Positions 39,601-53,248 are shown, numbered from the stretch's first letter. The stretch: 64,000 nt of DNA from Eledone cirrhosa (GCA_964016885.1 OZ024741.1:85808001-85872000), one strand, 5' to 3'. Numbers and translations are program-made. Notes: generated by a model from the sequence alone, not told the origin.

Positions 39601-40669
39601 AATAAATAAAAGTTATTTAGCAGGAGATAGATTGACAGAATTGTTAAAGTATCAGGCAGGATGTTTTGTGGTATCTGATCCAGGTCTATGCATTCAAATC
39701 CTACCTCCTTCTGCCAGCAGATATTATCAGCAATGGAAAGACCAATGGAAATATTGTTTTCTCACTCCAATCAGTTGATCAGCTTCTTTTCTATTCTTCA
39801 TGAAATTGTTTATTTCTTTCCTTTGTAACAAAATATCCTTTTTCCAGCAAGGGTTATTTTTAAAATGGAAAACATTTGAGCTCAATACTGCAAAACAATA
39901 AAATATTAAATAACACAGTGAATCTGTTGTAAATAGTGTGGGTACTGTAGCACCTTTCCTTGGTTTTCATAGGGAAGGGGAAGAAAAGAAAGGCTGGCAA
40001 TTGAAATATGTTGGTCCTTCTTCCACATCATAGAATTGACAGCAGTACTCACTGCCTGGAGAAAGTGTATTCACTGTATAGGTGTCACAAGGTAAAGGTA
40101 GGACTATGTCATTTAGTGATCACCAGGGGAGGGGAGGTTCATGTAAGTATTATAAAAGGAACGTATGTTGTTGTCTCTAGGGGAAGGTGGATCCATGTAT
40201 TACTAAAGTCCAATTTACATTCTATACTACTGTTCTTCTTCTTCTCCCACTTATTCCTCAGAGAATTGTGGGGGCAGAGTCCTCAAACACTCCTTCTCCA
40301 ATTGATATTACGGGATCCCCAAATGTACCAGCCAACCTCATGGATGTTCTCCAACCATCTTGCCTCTATGTTTCTGTTAAGAATTGAAATCTCTTTAATC
40401 AATTAATTCATAAGCTACAAATGGCTATGATATCTGGAACCTTCAAAATCTGAAAAACATTCTTACAATTCAAAGAACAAATGATTGCACAAGAGATGAC
40501 ACAAATTTATTTTACTTCACAACTTTGCCACCAGGAAAGGGGCTACTGAAAAATGAACTCAAAACTAAGAAAAAGAGACAAATATTATAATATATATGAT
40601 GTATATGTATGTGTGTTCATATATATATATATATATGTGTGTAATTTTTTTGTTTGTTTCTTGTTGCAG

Positions 40670-40804
40670 GGAATCCACAATATCAGTGACTATGCTATCA
40701 CATTCCATTATGTCTCACCAAAGTTGATGCATGCCTTAGAATTTTATGTCTATCATTTACGACCATTTGGTATAGTGTCTGGAGTTCAAAATTTGAATGT
40801 CTGA
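40670..40804 (+). CDS. C1GALT1: C1GALT1-like T-synthase, last coding exon
   Basis: Acceptor TTGCAG|G; GIHNISDYAITFHYVSP...LEFYVYHLRPFG...NLNV*. Spliced CDS 265+656+135 = 1056 nt, open. Confidence 0.95.
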   Translation, partial: GIHNISDYAITFHYVSPKLMHALEFYVYHLRPFGIVSGVQNLNV

Positions 40805-40947
40805 AAATACACAGAACACAGAACAATAAACAAACAAATAAATACATGAAAAAAAAACATTATTATTAATTTGGTATTCTTTTAGTTATTTTTTATCTAG
40901 TTATTATGCTTTTTGTTTTAAACTTAAATAAATGAATACACACACGT

Positions 40948-40981
<34 letters not shown>

Positions 40982-41627
40982 GTTTATCTTGGATTCAATT
41001 GGGGGTAACCACAGTTAGTAAGTTACTCAATACATAGCAGAGTATAAATATTTAATATAGAAATTACTTCTACAGGACTAGAACTGTTTTATTCGGAGGA
41101 AATCATGTTGATTTCCTCCGAATGAAACAGTTCTAGTCTTGTAGAAGCCATTTCTATATTGTATATATATATATATATATGTATATAAAGAAAATAAATA
41201 AGAATGATTTTTAATTGAATTTCCTTCAATTTATTTTTCTCAAAACTTATGGACAATAGAAAATTTTTGAATTTTTTATTCATCTATTTTCATTTTTTTC
41301 CTCCCTCTTATTTTTTCACAAGACATTATAAATTCAAATGGGAACAACTTTTACTTAAAATATTTTCTGTGATGAAAATTTCTATTACAATATTTTTTGT
41401 ATTATTTTTATTTATAAATATATATGTATATATCTGTATAAATGTGTATATATATATATATATACATATATTTATAGGTGTAAATGTGTATATGTACATA
41501 TATTATGTATATAGAAAAAAAAACACAATAAAGGATTTGGTGCTGGGTTTTGGTAAAAAAAATTAAAATGGAAAATTGAAATAAAAACTTGAAAAAAAAA
41601 CAATTATGTAATTATGTATAATATATC

Positions 41628-42410
41628 AGGAGAGGAGATTGTGTTGGTATGGACATGTGATGTGTATGAAGAATGACAATTGTATAATAAGATGCAGAAT
41701 GCTCAAAGTCATTGGTAGCCGTGATGTGGGCAGGCCTAGAAAGACTTGGGATGAGGTAATAAAAGCTGAATTTGCACAATTACACCTCTCAAAGGCAATG
41801 ATTCAGGACTGCGACCTCTGGCGCTATGCAGTTTTATAGAACACCCACCCTGTATTATTCTCAAGATGAGGCTTATACCTAGTAAGCAACACCTTTCTCA
41901 ACCTTCTATCCCCTCTCATTCACCTCCCTTAGCAGTAACCATACCTTCCCTACTACACTGTCCACCCTCCATAGTCCCAAGACAAAAGTGCCGATGCCCC
42001 ACTGTAAAGTGGTCGTATCAATGACACAACAAAACTGCCCAGTCCACACTGTAAAGTGGTCGTGTAGGTGTCATGACAAAAAGTGTCCAGTCCACACTGT
42101 AATGTGGTTGTGTAGGTGATACAACAAAAAGTGCCCAGTCCACACTGTAATGTGGTCGTGTAGGTGACACGACAAAAAGCACCCAGCGCACACTGCAAAG
42201 TGGACATGTAAAAGACATGGCAAAAAGCACCCAGCATACACTGTAAATTTGGTTGGCATTAGGAAGGGCATCCAGCCATAAAAAAACAGCCAGAAACTCT
42301 CCTATCTGAGCAAGACACAGTCACCTGACCCACCTTGCCTCTAAATGGGACAAACCCGTCTAACCTATGCTAGCATGGAAGATAGATGTTAATCAATGAT
42401 GATGATGATA
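41628..42410 (+). mobile_element. RTE/BovB-like LINE 3' fragment with internal ~48 bp tandem array
   Basis: WYGHV...GRPRKTW...DLWR; 5-6 units of CCAGTCCACACTGTAA(A/T)GTGGTCGTGTAGGTG..ACAAAAAG at ~41985-42255; (GAT)n tail. Confidence 0.85.
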
Positions 42411-42751
42411 TCACTGCAGGTGTCTGTGTGTGTGTATGTGTGAAATGGATACTTTGCAAGGGAGTGAAATCTTGCAGAAGTTTTCTCTCCTTTTAGTAAA
42501 ATAATTCAGAAAATTTTCTTTTATTTCATCATTTTAATGTTTAATTTTATCATTAGCATTTAATGCCTCTATATTTGCAGATTGTTGCTGTTTCTATATT
42601 TTCTGTTATTTTAAGTACAATGTGTTTCAGAGATATTTATTTTTTTGCTATATTAGTTAATTATACTCATTATCATTCAACTGCTGTAGAAGATAGCCAC
42701 AATTTTCCTCCACCCATTATAGCTTTCATAATCAGTTGTAGTCTCAACTTA

Positions 42752-42919
42752 CCGTATTTTCCGGCACCGAAGACGCTACGTCCTCAAGGATGCACCTTAA
42801 TTTTGACAACTAAAAATTGGAAAAAAAAATAATAAACAACCTTCAGCCTCCAGGATGCATGGTAGTTTTTTTGACATATTTTCGGAAAAAAGTAGCTTCT
42901 TCGATGCCGGGAAATACGG
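42752..42919. mobile_element. Tc1/mariner-superfamily MITE
   Basis: TIR CCGTATTT(T/C)CCGGCA(C/T)CGAAGA with TA TSDs. Confidence 0.88.
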
Positions 42920-43950
42920 TAAGTCATCAGTGGTACTTGTATCCCAACTTGAAATTTGATCTCAAGACACAATGTACCAGATTAGATACTGCAATGCATC
43001 TTGCCTGACACTATAACAATTATGTCAATCCACTACCATGAACTGGTGTTTTATTCTCTTGACCCCGAAAGGATGAGAGTCAAAGCTGACCTCAGTAGGA
43101 TTTGAACTCAGAGAGCAGGAACAAATACAATGTTTGTCATTTATCAAATATAATTATTTCTAATTTGAGCACAAGACCAACAATTTGTGAGGAGGCAAAA
43201 GTCAATCATACTAACCCCAGTATTTTACGGGTACTATATTTTATTTACTGAGAATGTAAAGAGCCAGAACAAATATTGCAAAGACATTTTATTTGACACT
43301 CTTCTAATCCACCACTTATTAAATATAATGCATTTGACAAAAATTTATAAAATTATATGATGACATTCTGGGCTCATTTCATATCAGAATGATGTGTTTA
43401 TGTATAGATTTACAATATATATTTTCACAATTCTCAAAACACTTTGCACTGAGTATGTTGAAACAGCTCTCTACAACAAATAGAGAATGTTGAAGATGAA
43501 ATTAAATTGAAGATTACAAATAATTACAGAAACAAAATGTTGTTTATTTTTATTATTTACTAAGAAGAACCCTTGTGGTTAATAAAGAAATCATTATTTT
43601 ACTAAGAAGAAATATAAATCATTCCTGCATCATTTATCTTCCCCTTGAAAAAGAAAAAAATAACAGCCAATTAAAAAAAACAGCTGACATTGATTTCAAA
43701 TCTTAAGCACGACAGCAAATTTGGGAGAAGGGCAAAGTTGATTAAATCAACCCCAGTACTTCACTGGTACTTTTTTCTTTGACCCTGGAAGAACAAAAAG
43801 CAAAGTTAATCTCAGTGGGATTTGAAAGCAATATGTAAAAAGCCAGAACAAATAATAAGGTGGCATTTTATGCAGTGTTCTATCAATTCTGCCAATGAAC
43901 ATGAGATTCTTCACTAATTTCAAAGTGATGGCTGACTGGACATCATTTAA

Positions 43951-44236
43951 CCCTTTACATCATTTAACCCATTACTCTATATTTACTATTATATTTTCAC
44001 AGTAAATGCTTAAACAAAATGCATGTGAAAGAAAATATTACATGGAGCAAACTGATGAAAATATTGATAGATGTTCTTCTAGGCTTTACCTCATATAATA
44101 TCGAATCCATGATTTTGATATTATTTATTTTGAGAACAATACTTTAGCATCAGTATGAGTAACAAGTTACAGCTGGTTTGAACAGAAAAAGGTGAGGGAA
44201 TTCTGGCCGGATATGGCTGGTTTAAATGCTAAAGGG
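43951..44236. mobile_element. piggyBac-like MITE
   Basis: TTAA-CCCTTTA...TAAAGGG-TTAA. Confidence 0.8.
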
Positions 44237-46549
44237 TTAAAGATGATTGTCATCAGAACCAAACATGTGAGTGAGCTCAAAATCTTCTTTTTTCTTCTTT
44301 TTCTTGCACACGCACGCGCACACACACACACAAGCTGAGTGATAGCAAAATCTTTTCCTGAAATTCCAGTAATATCTGTTTGACTAAAGACAGTCTGCTG
44401 TGCCCCTGGAGAGCCTTAACAGAGAAATGATATATTATGTTTGTTCTAAATCACTCAATAAAACTTTAAAACCTGTATATAAACCCTTCCTTCTTTTTCT
44501 ATGTGATTTTATATTTTTTCTTTCTGTCCAATTTTATTGATTTTTTTCATAATCTACTTTTAGAAATTCTTGTGGAATATAGGATTTATATAGCTATTAA
44601 ATTGTCTGAGACACTTTTGCATTGAAGATGACACAAAATGTCAAAACAGTTACTTGTAAATATAGAGGGGGAAAATGAGCTTACATTTCAATGAAGATTC
44701 TAGCCAACAAACAAAGAAGTGAGTTTCACTAAATGCATAGCGATTTCTTTTAATGAAACATTATAATTTATCTTTGATTCATGAAATTCTTTAATTCTGA
44801 AAATAATTTTGAAAATGAATAAAGCCAGAGTGCGAGGAGGTATACCATCCATGGAAATAAATTGATTCTTATAAGATGTGGAAACTGGAATGTTCATAAA
44901 TAAACCATACATCCAAATATTGGTACTGTGATAAATGATAATTTTGATGAGTCCCAGCTTTTATCATGTTAAATCTGTAACCAGCATAGCCTTAAGAATT
45001 CTGAATTGTGTCGTGTCAGCATCTCAGAATACACAATGTTTTGGGTTTTACCAGAAGGGTGCATAAATAAAGAGATTTGAGGGGTTTTCAGCTCTTCAGC
45101 ATCCTATATAAAACTGGCCATGATTAAAGCAAGATTCCTTGGTGTGCAATCAATGTTTACTCTTAAGATTTATTGGTTGAAATGGCAAAACATAGGCGTA
45201 CAGGAAATTGAATTCGTCTAAATTAAAATGGCACATCTGTTGGTATGAATAAAATTCTGATTACACCTTTAGAACACCCTGTGATAATGTTAGTCTAGAC
45301 AGCATGTGGTATAAGCTTCTTGACTGTTAGTCTTGTGCCCTTGCAAAGCCATGGCTGGTCTAAATTTTGCAAGAATTTAAAAAATTCCAAGAATAGTGAA
45401 ACACCTTATTCTCATCTACAACAGTGTTTATTGAATTATAGGTATGGCTATTTACAAGGAAGGATAGGATTCCTTTCAGTCATGACTGACCATGGGTTAT
45501 GCACACATGGCTGACTGACCAAGTGTTTGCTGCTCTCTAAGGCACAAAATGTTTTATATAAGACCAGCCATCACTTATGCATGCAAGTATCCCATCTCTA
45601 CAAAACCAATGTCCAAGATAAAAGCAAAAGCTGATACAGCTAAGTACCAACTGTCATCACAACTGAATGAACTGGGGCAACACAAAATTAAGTGTCATGT
45701 TCAAGGACAACACTAACTCACGACTTTGAAATCATGAACCAGCTACCTTAACAATAAACCACACACCTTCAATTATTTACAAACACTTATGTTAATTGAG
45801 TAAATGGGAAAGAAATTGGCTTAAGTTTTTGCAAATATGTAATATACAGATTACAGTATATTGATTTCCCATTCATCCTAGCAAGTATTAATATTTTAGA
45901 TGAGCTGAAAAGAATTTTGATTCTATTGTTTGGTGTTTTCACAATACTTGAAAAGAAAAAAAAAAACTGGAGTCCTGTTTGTGCATAAATTTATATATAT
46001 ATATATATATATATACATACATAATTTCATATATACGTACATATATACACATGTATATATATATATATATATGTGTGTGTGTATATATATATATATATAT
46101 TTACACACACACACACTCACATATAATTATGCATACATATATGAATAAAAAAAACATTGGCGAAGACAGGGAAATGAACAAATACAGACACTCCCATCTC
46201 ATCATTTGACCACTAGAGATACATTGTTTCAGTGCTTTAAGATCAATATAATCGGCTTTAGTGCACACGGGACAATAACAAATGGAGAAAGAATAAGAAG
46301 GTAGTCTTAACAACTATTTACAAATAAGGCAAAGGAGACATTAGCAACTGGACAGAGGACAAGACCATAGTATCAATGGCTATTTACAAATAAGAGAACA
46401 CTTCTCACTAACCCATGAGTAGTAACTGAAAAGATATCAACGAGGCCGAACATATTGATTACACATGCACACATACACACACATATCTGTGTATATATAT
46501 ATATATAAATATACATATACAGATATATATGAGTACATACATATATATG

Positions 46550-46865
46550 TAAGTCAAAGATTACATTCGAGGTTGTCGGGTTTGTAGGTTTGGGCAACTT
46601 TAAAAATATCCCAGTAGAGGGAGTAACCCATATTAGAATTTTTAACTCCCATATGAAATGGGCAAGCAAGTTTTTTAATTTTTCTTTTTTAAAGGAATGG
46701 AGAAGCATGTAGTAGTAAGACTTAAAGCTATTTAAAGTTGCTCCAATATATACTTTAGTGCAACGAGGTGTGGAAACAGCGCATTGATACACTATTTGAT
46801 CTGAATAACACATCAAGCTACAATGCACCTTGTTAAAACACGAGTGGATTTATCCACTTACAATT
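46550..46865 (-). mobile_element. Penelope-like GIY-YIG endonuclease remnant
   Basis: IVYQCAV...KVYIGAT..SFK...HSF...LAHFIWELK in ORF 46373..46828. Confidence 0.8.
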
Positions 46866-46889
46866 ATTCTCTTATATATATGTATATGT

Positions 46890-47167
46890 GGAGGCATGTG
46901 GCCTAGTGGTAAGAGTGTTGGACTTACGATCATAATGTCGTGGGTTCGATTCCTGGATTGCGTGTTGTGTTCTTGAGCAAAACACTTCGTTTCACGTTGC
47001 TCCAGTATACTCAGCTGAAAATGAGTACCAGCAATAGCTGAGGGTTTAACCCTGCGATGGACTGGCATCCTGTCCAGGGGGCAGTCTTGTACTATCAGTC
47101 ACTTCACGCCATGAAACCGGGATAAGCACTGGCCAAATGAGCATTCTGGCCTAAGACAGACTTTAGA

Positions 47168-47172
<5 letters not shown>
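46890..47172 (+). mobile_element. Full-length tRNA-derived SINE with CORE-like domain
   Basis: A box TGGCCTAGTGG, B box GGTTCGATTCC, TTGTGTTCTTGAGCAAAACACTT...AAAATGAGTACC, tail (AGACTTT)2. Confidence 0.88.
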
Positions 47173-47217
<45 letters not shown>

Positions 47218-47419
47218 TACAAATTTAAGGTATGATAACATATCAATTATGTAGGATATTTGTGCTTCTCAATATAGTCTTTTCTCACTTAAATTTAATA
47301 TATAATATTGCTTCTCTGAGTGATTCCACTCATTGAGATTATATACTAATTAACCTTTAATTAATATTGAACTGCACCTTAATTTGTTGAGTTGAACCAG
47401 TGATTTATGAAATACTGTC

Positions 47420-47665
47420 AACGTTTGACTACAGAAGGTGCTTGGACACGTTCTAAACTTGTCCACAAAGAGTCTAGCAAGAGCTTCCCTTGAATGGAAG
47501 CCAGAGGTGACAGCAGGGATTGGCATAGGAGCCAAAACAGATCCCTCAAGACATGGTTGATATCTGTTTTAAGACATGGACATGGCCTGGGAGCAGACCT
47601 GTGACAGGGCTTGCACCCATGTGAGGTGGAGGTCTTTCATCACCCAATGCTCCGTAGGGAGCAAA
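47420..47665 (+). mobile_element. Highly degraded RTE C-terminal fragment
   Basis: LARASLEWKPEV...KTW...GLGADL/WE...WRSF pattern across frameshifts. Confidence 0.5.
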
Positions 47666-48758
47666 ACTAACTAAAGATGAATGTAATATAGACTAAGGAA
47701 TCTGGAGGGAGGTAATTTTTCTTCTTTTTTTCTGAAGAAATATAAATATGGCTGAGTGAAAGAACTCTTGGTTTTATCTGTTATTCTGTGTCTGTGTGCA
47801 TGGAAGGAACTGTGTTTTTGTTTTTGTTATTTATTGTTTTTCTAAAAACTGCTTTATTTGAGTCTAAGGCAACAGTGTGGTTTTCGGTAAATACACACAG
47901 GGATTACTCATTTATTGCTCTCAAGATACATCAATAGTATGTGGGAAATCAAAAACCAAGGATGCAGGTAAGTTTACATGTTTTTAAAAAAATATCACAT
48001 ACTACAGTAACTTTTTTTTCAAAATAAAAATGTTAGATATTTTATTGAACAATATATTAAAAATATGGTTTATAATAAAAGAAAAATACTAGTGGGGATT
48101 GGGGGGATAAACTCTATACACTTGGTTGGACGATATATTCCAGCTGTTGTGTCCCTTCGACAAAATGGCGAAAGTATAGCCAAGAACAACCATTCTGGCC
48201 ATACTGGGTTTTTTCTTCATCAAGCAAGATGCCCCCCTCTATCATATTTAACATATCAACATTAATAATTAATATCAACAGTAATTTAAAATGCAGAAAA
48301 TTATGAAACTATAAACAACAGCTGATATAGATTACAATTTTCAAATTTAGAAAATTGACACCCTGGTGGTCATATGGAAATTTTGGGTGGCCATATGATA
48401 TTAATGGAGCATTTGAAACAATAAGGTGTATTCTTAATTTAGGGAGAAAGTTTGCTAATCTGCGTGAAAAACGTGATTTCGAGACTTGACTATTTTTGCC
48501 TGCACGTATGTGAGTGCTAAGAAACTTGCTGACGTACGAGAGTATGCACGCTTTCTGTCTGCATATCCAGCCACAATGTGTGACCTTGACCATAACATCG
48601 GGAAAATTTCCGGCCAATGGCTGCAGTGCATGGATATCGACTCGCCTGTTTAGACGACTTCTGTTGTGTCATTATTAACGCATCCCATTTCACACATATA
48701 ACGATCGTCCATAACAGTGGAAACATTTAACATCTGATTGTTGATAAATATCTTACCT

Positions 48759-50488
48759 ATGACATCAAATAAGAAGAAAGTACGCCAATATAGCGACGAT
48801 TATTTGAAATTCTGTTTCACTGAGGCACCTCATGATTCTCGATTGTCTATGTGTCTTCTCTGTCATCAAACACTGAGCAATGACTCCATAAGGCCTGGGT
48901 GACTCTGACAACACTTCAATGCGAAGCATGGAGACAAGTCATCAAAGCTGCTTTCATACTTCCAAGATCTTCAAAAGAAAGTTTGCTGCCAGTCTACACT
49001 ATCTCAATGTTTTTCTAAAGTAGCCGAAAAGCAGGATAAATCATTAATAGCAAGCTACGAACTTTCAAAATTGTGGAAAACCCCATACGATAGGTGAGCA
49101 GTTAATTAAACCAGCCATTCCTGTGTTTTTACAAACTGTTATAAATCACATAGACGAATCAGTGGTCCAGCTTATGTCGCTCATCAATGACATAGTACGG
49201 GGACGAATTGATGAGATTTTCATTGATGTGGAACAGCAGCTTCACAAATATATTCGAGAAAGTCTTTTTTCACTTCAGCTCGATGAGTCAACCTTTTTGT
49301 GGAAGCCGGTCTGTACTTCTGGCATGTCCAAGACGATGATGCTTTTCGAGAGGAAATGCTTTTTTGTCGTACTTTTGAAACTACGACAGCTTCCGATATA
49401 TACGACCTTGTGATGTCGCATTTATCAGAAAACAAGATTCCTATTACATCCGTTCCATCCTGTGCAGCAGACGGCGCGCCCGCAATGGATTCCTTAAACG
49501 ACTTAAAGATGATAACCTATTGATTTTGACAGTACACTGCATCCTTCATTGGGAAAACTTGGCTTCCAGATGTCTTTCACCAGAATTACAAGAAGTAATG
49601 CATGCTATTGTGTCGTGCGTAAATTTAATCAAGGCGAATCACAAGACTGGTCATCTTTTTCAGAAATATTGCAAGGACATCGACAAATAACATGTCAATC
49701 TTATCCTACGTACTGACATAAGATGGTTGTCAAAAGGAAATTGTTTTGCCCGCTTTTTCGTATTATTCGATGAAGTTATGAAGTTTATACCTGAGAGTTT
49801 CTACACGAATATCCTTCAAAGAGCTGACGGAAAATTATTGGTCGCTTATTTGGCTGACATGCTACAAAAACTCAATTTATTGAACAAGGAATTGCAGGGG
49901 GACAAGGTGACTATGATCGTGGCGAAAACCAAAATATTAGCCTTTATCGATAAGGTTTATTTGAACCACCTCTGTGGGTTGCTCTGAAAACTTGCCACAT
50001 CTATCTACCTACGGACCAGTTCCATCAGAGGTATCAAGCACCTTATGCGCTTATTTGCTTGCTTTGGAGAAGGAGTTAACTCTAGATTTAATGACCTCCG
50101 TCAAATGTCTTTCCCCGAATGGCTTTCGCAACCGTTTCTCACACATCTTTCTGATGTTGATCCATGCCTACAGGATGAACTGGCTGAGTTTTTAAAAAAT
50201 GATGATTTAGCTCAAAATCTTTACAAGCACAAAGCAACCATGAGATGGCTTGATAATCATTTGAACACCCAGTATCCTATTTTGTGCACAACAGATGTAA
50301 AGTTCTTTCTTCCCTTTTCAACTACATACTTGGTTGAGAGTGATTTCAGCGTAGCCAACGATCTCTTAACGAAAAAGAGAAACCGCTTTGAAATTGAAAA
50401 TCGCGGAGATTTGCATATGCGGTTAACAAAACTAAATCCGGATATAGCCAAGCTTGCATTCAGGTATCAAAGTCAACCGTCGCATTAA
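48759..50488 (+). pseudogene. hAT Buster/Charlie-type transposase fossil
   Basis: RQYSDDYLKF..CLLC...H BED finger, FSLQLDEST, ADGAPAM, HCILH, RWLSKG, LPFSTTYLVES.FS, KKRNR, QPSH*; many stops and frameshifts. Right TIR-like AAAAGGTTGAGAACC at ~50918-50932. Confidence 0.92.
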
Positions 50489-50967
50489 GTTTGATGACCA
50501 CTGGACTTGTTCGTCACTTTCATTTTACAGTTCAATTGATCGTTTCGATGCTCTCTTCAACTATACAACTATATAAAAGCCTGTGCATATTCTGTACAAG
50601 TGCCTTTGCCTGTATTACATACTTTACTACTCCATACCAGTCTTTTCTTATAGCCAGTTACTTAGGGGAGTGCGTATAAGTCTTTAAAATTAAAAAACCA
50701 GCATTTCGATCCCAATTACAATCTGTTTACCACAATTACGCAGTGTTTAACTTATTTTCTGTACATTTACCAAATAAATCTTTTTGTATTCATTTGTAAC
50801 ATCCGTTGGCGTGCTGTCTTTTTTTTAATATGTTTGTCTACTTATATAAATATCTGTAATATAACGTGGAAGGGGGGCATTTGAAAAATCAGGGCGTCTT
50901 GGGGAGGCATGGAGCCCAAAAGGTTGAGAACCTAGGCTCTACACACTTGGCTGGAGGCTGAACACTA

Positions 50968-51754
50968 CGAGGTGTGTCAGAAAAGAAACAGGACTGGGGT
51001 CACAAAAATAATATTTCAAATCCAAACTACAAATTACAAGTTTTCCCATTCGAAATAATCCAACTCTAACGCACTTTCCCATCCTTCCCCGCAGCTTTGT
51101 CGTCATGGCTTCCACATCCGGAAAACGAGTTCCCATGACTCTCCCCAGCAAGTCTGGTTCGGTTTCAAGACGCTAGAGGATGCCCTGACACACCTGCATG
51201 CACCTCTTCTTCTGGTCATCGCCCAGTAGCTTCAGCACCATTTTCGCGCAGATTTTCCATATGCCCATATCTTCGCTGCTAATCTGCCAAACGCTGTCGC
51301 AGTTCATGCCCAGCTCACTTGCTATCGGTCGAACAGTCAACTGACGATTGCCACATATCACCTGCCTCAAGCGCTTACTGCTGGCCTCATTCATGCTCGC
51401 CAAAGGGCTTCCGCTCCTGGGGTCGTCTACCACGTCTTCGCGCCCCTTTTTGAACTTTGTGCGCCACTCCAAAACCAGTAAGCGTGACATCGTCTCATCT
51501 CCGTACACATGTTGCAGTATCCTGAGTGCTTCTGACGGAGTTTTCCCCAGCCGGACCAGAAACTTCAGTTTGGTTCGTTGCTCTGTGCCCATCGGTCGAC
51601 GGCCTAAAATCGATGAGTTAAGAAAAGCACGTGAAAAAACATACAATGGCTGCAGAAAGTCGAGATCGCAGTTATATATTCCCCAGTGATAATCCTTACC
51701 CCATTCATAGGTCACACAACACACTTAGTCCTGTTACTTTTCTGACACACCTGG
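50968..51754 (-). mobile_element. Internally deleted mariner
   Basis: 28-bp TIRs CGAGGTGTGTCAGAAAAGAAACAGGACT / AGTCCTGTTACTTTTCTGACACACCTGG with TA TSDs. The ORF keeps only the HTH half (EQR..KF.V.LGK...VYG...GRE.V.DDPRSG); no catalytic domain. Confidence 0.93.
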
Positions 51755-52400
51755 TATGTCTCACTGACTTTTCTTTTTATGCTGGGCGCTGTGTAGACCT
51801 CCGACGTCCATGGTCTCCTGACTGCTGTTTTCCTCTGCAAAATTGGGAGTGGGGCATCGCACCTGAAGATGATGTCCCGTGAAATGGAATGACTAATACA
51901 GCTCTAGATTGTTGACTTGTTTCAATCCTTGTTTCTGGCTGTGTATTCTATTTAACAAACAACTTCTGACAAGAATATATCACGAAAGTGAAAGAATATA
52001 AATATTATTACATAGAAAATCAGTTCTCAGTGAATATATTTAGACAATCAAAGTATCAAAGCATTAACCCGCTTGATACCAAACTGACTGATACTACCTC
52101 TCGTTCTACAATACAAAACTATTCATTTAAAAGTATTTATCATGATCATCGTCATCGCTCTATGCATAATATATGTATATATATATGTATGTGTGTGTGT
52201 ATGTATATGCGCTAGTGTCTTTTTACAGCAACTGAAATTGTCTCCCTTAGACATATTAGGAAAAAGCACCAAACTGTGCAACCCTTAAACATATCTCCTC
52301 GTATTTTCGCCTGTGTAGTTTTTATATGAAATAGATTCTGAGTGCAATAGACATGTGGTGATTCCAACAAAACATTCCCTATGTATGTTTATGTATATAT

Positions 52401-52445
<45 letters not shown>

Positions 52446-52594
52446 TGTGTGTGTGTAGAGAGAGAGAGAGCGAGGGGAGGGAGAGAGATGTACACACACA
52501 TATATATATAAGGGTCGTATATGTGCACACGTGTGTGAGTGTGTGGCAAATAAATTTTCTTACAAGACTATCATCCGATTAAATGTATGATTGT

Positions 52595-52882
52595 TGCCAT
52601 GCTTTCCAGCATAGTTACGTCCCTTTACGATCTGAGTTCAAATCCCGCCGAGGTTGACTTTGCCTTTCATCCTTACGGCGTCGATAAAATAAAGTACCAG
52701 TAATGCACTGAGTAATTGCTTGCCTTGTGCCTAAAGTAGAAACAGTTAATAATTGTTTCTACTTTAGGCACAAGGCCAGCAACTACCCAGTACATTACTG
52801 GTACTTTATTTTATCGACCCCGTAAGGATGAAAGGCAAAGTTAACCTCGGCGGGATTTGAACTCAGACTGTAAAGGGACGTA
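52595..52882. mobile_element. Two SINEs tail-to-tail
   Basis: + copy 52595-52748 abuts - copy 52749-52882. Confidence 0.9.
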
Positions 52883-53208
52883 GAAACAGGTAATAATACC
52901 ATATTGAAATTGCAATGGGGTTTATTTATTTATACATTTTTCAATATATTTGTGCAAAAATATCACCTTCTAGGATGATATCCCATGGATAATGATATCA
53001 CATCAATAATGATATTTTCATTGGTACAGATTTCTCATGATAATTATCTATCTATCAATCACTCTCTCTCTCTCTCTCTCTCGCTCTCTCTCTCTCTCTC
53101 CTTATCTATCTCTCTCTCATATATACACACACACACACACATATATATATATGTGTGTGTATGTGTAAAAAGAAAGAGAGGATTTATAAGTGTGTAATAT
53201 ATATGCAC

Positions 53209-53248
<40 letters not shown>

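Noticed and set aside
41985-42255. CRISPR-like periodic array
   Set aside because: Whole units are homologous with no unique spacers; eukaryotic retroelement context and no cas genes.
46890-46965. tRNA gene
   Set aside because: A/B boxes continue into a SINE body; no acceptor-stem closure or terminator.
51855-51900. CTGAAGA...GAAA hammerhead candidate
   Set aside because: No consistent stem II, stem III or helix I.
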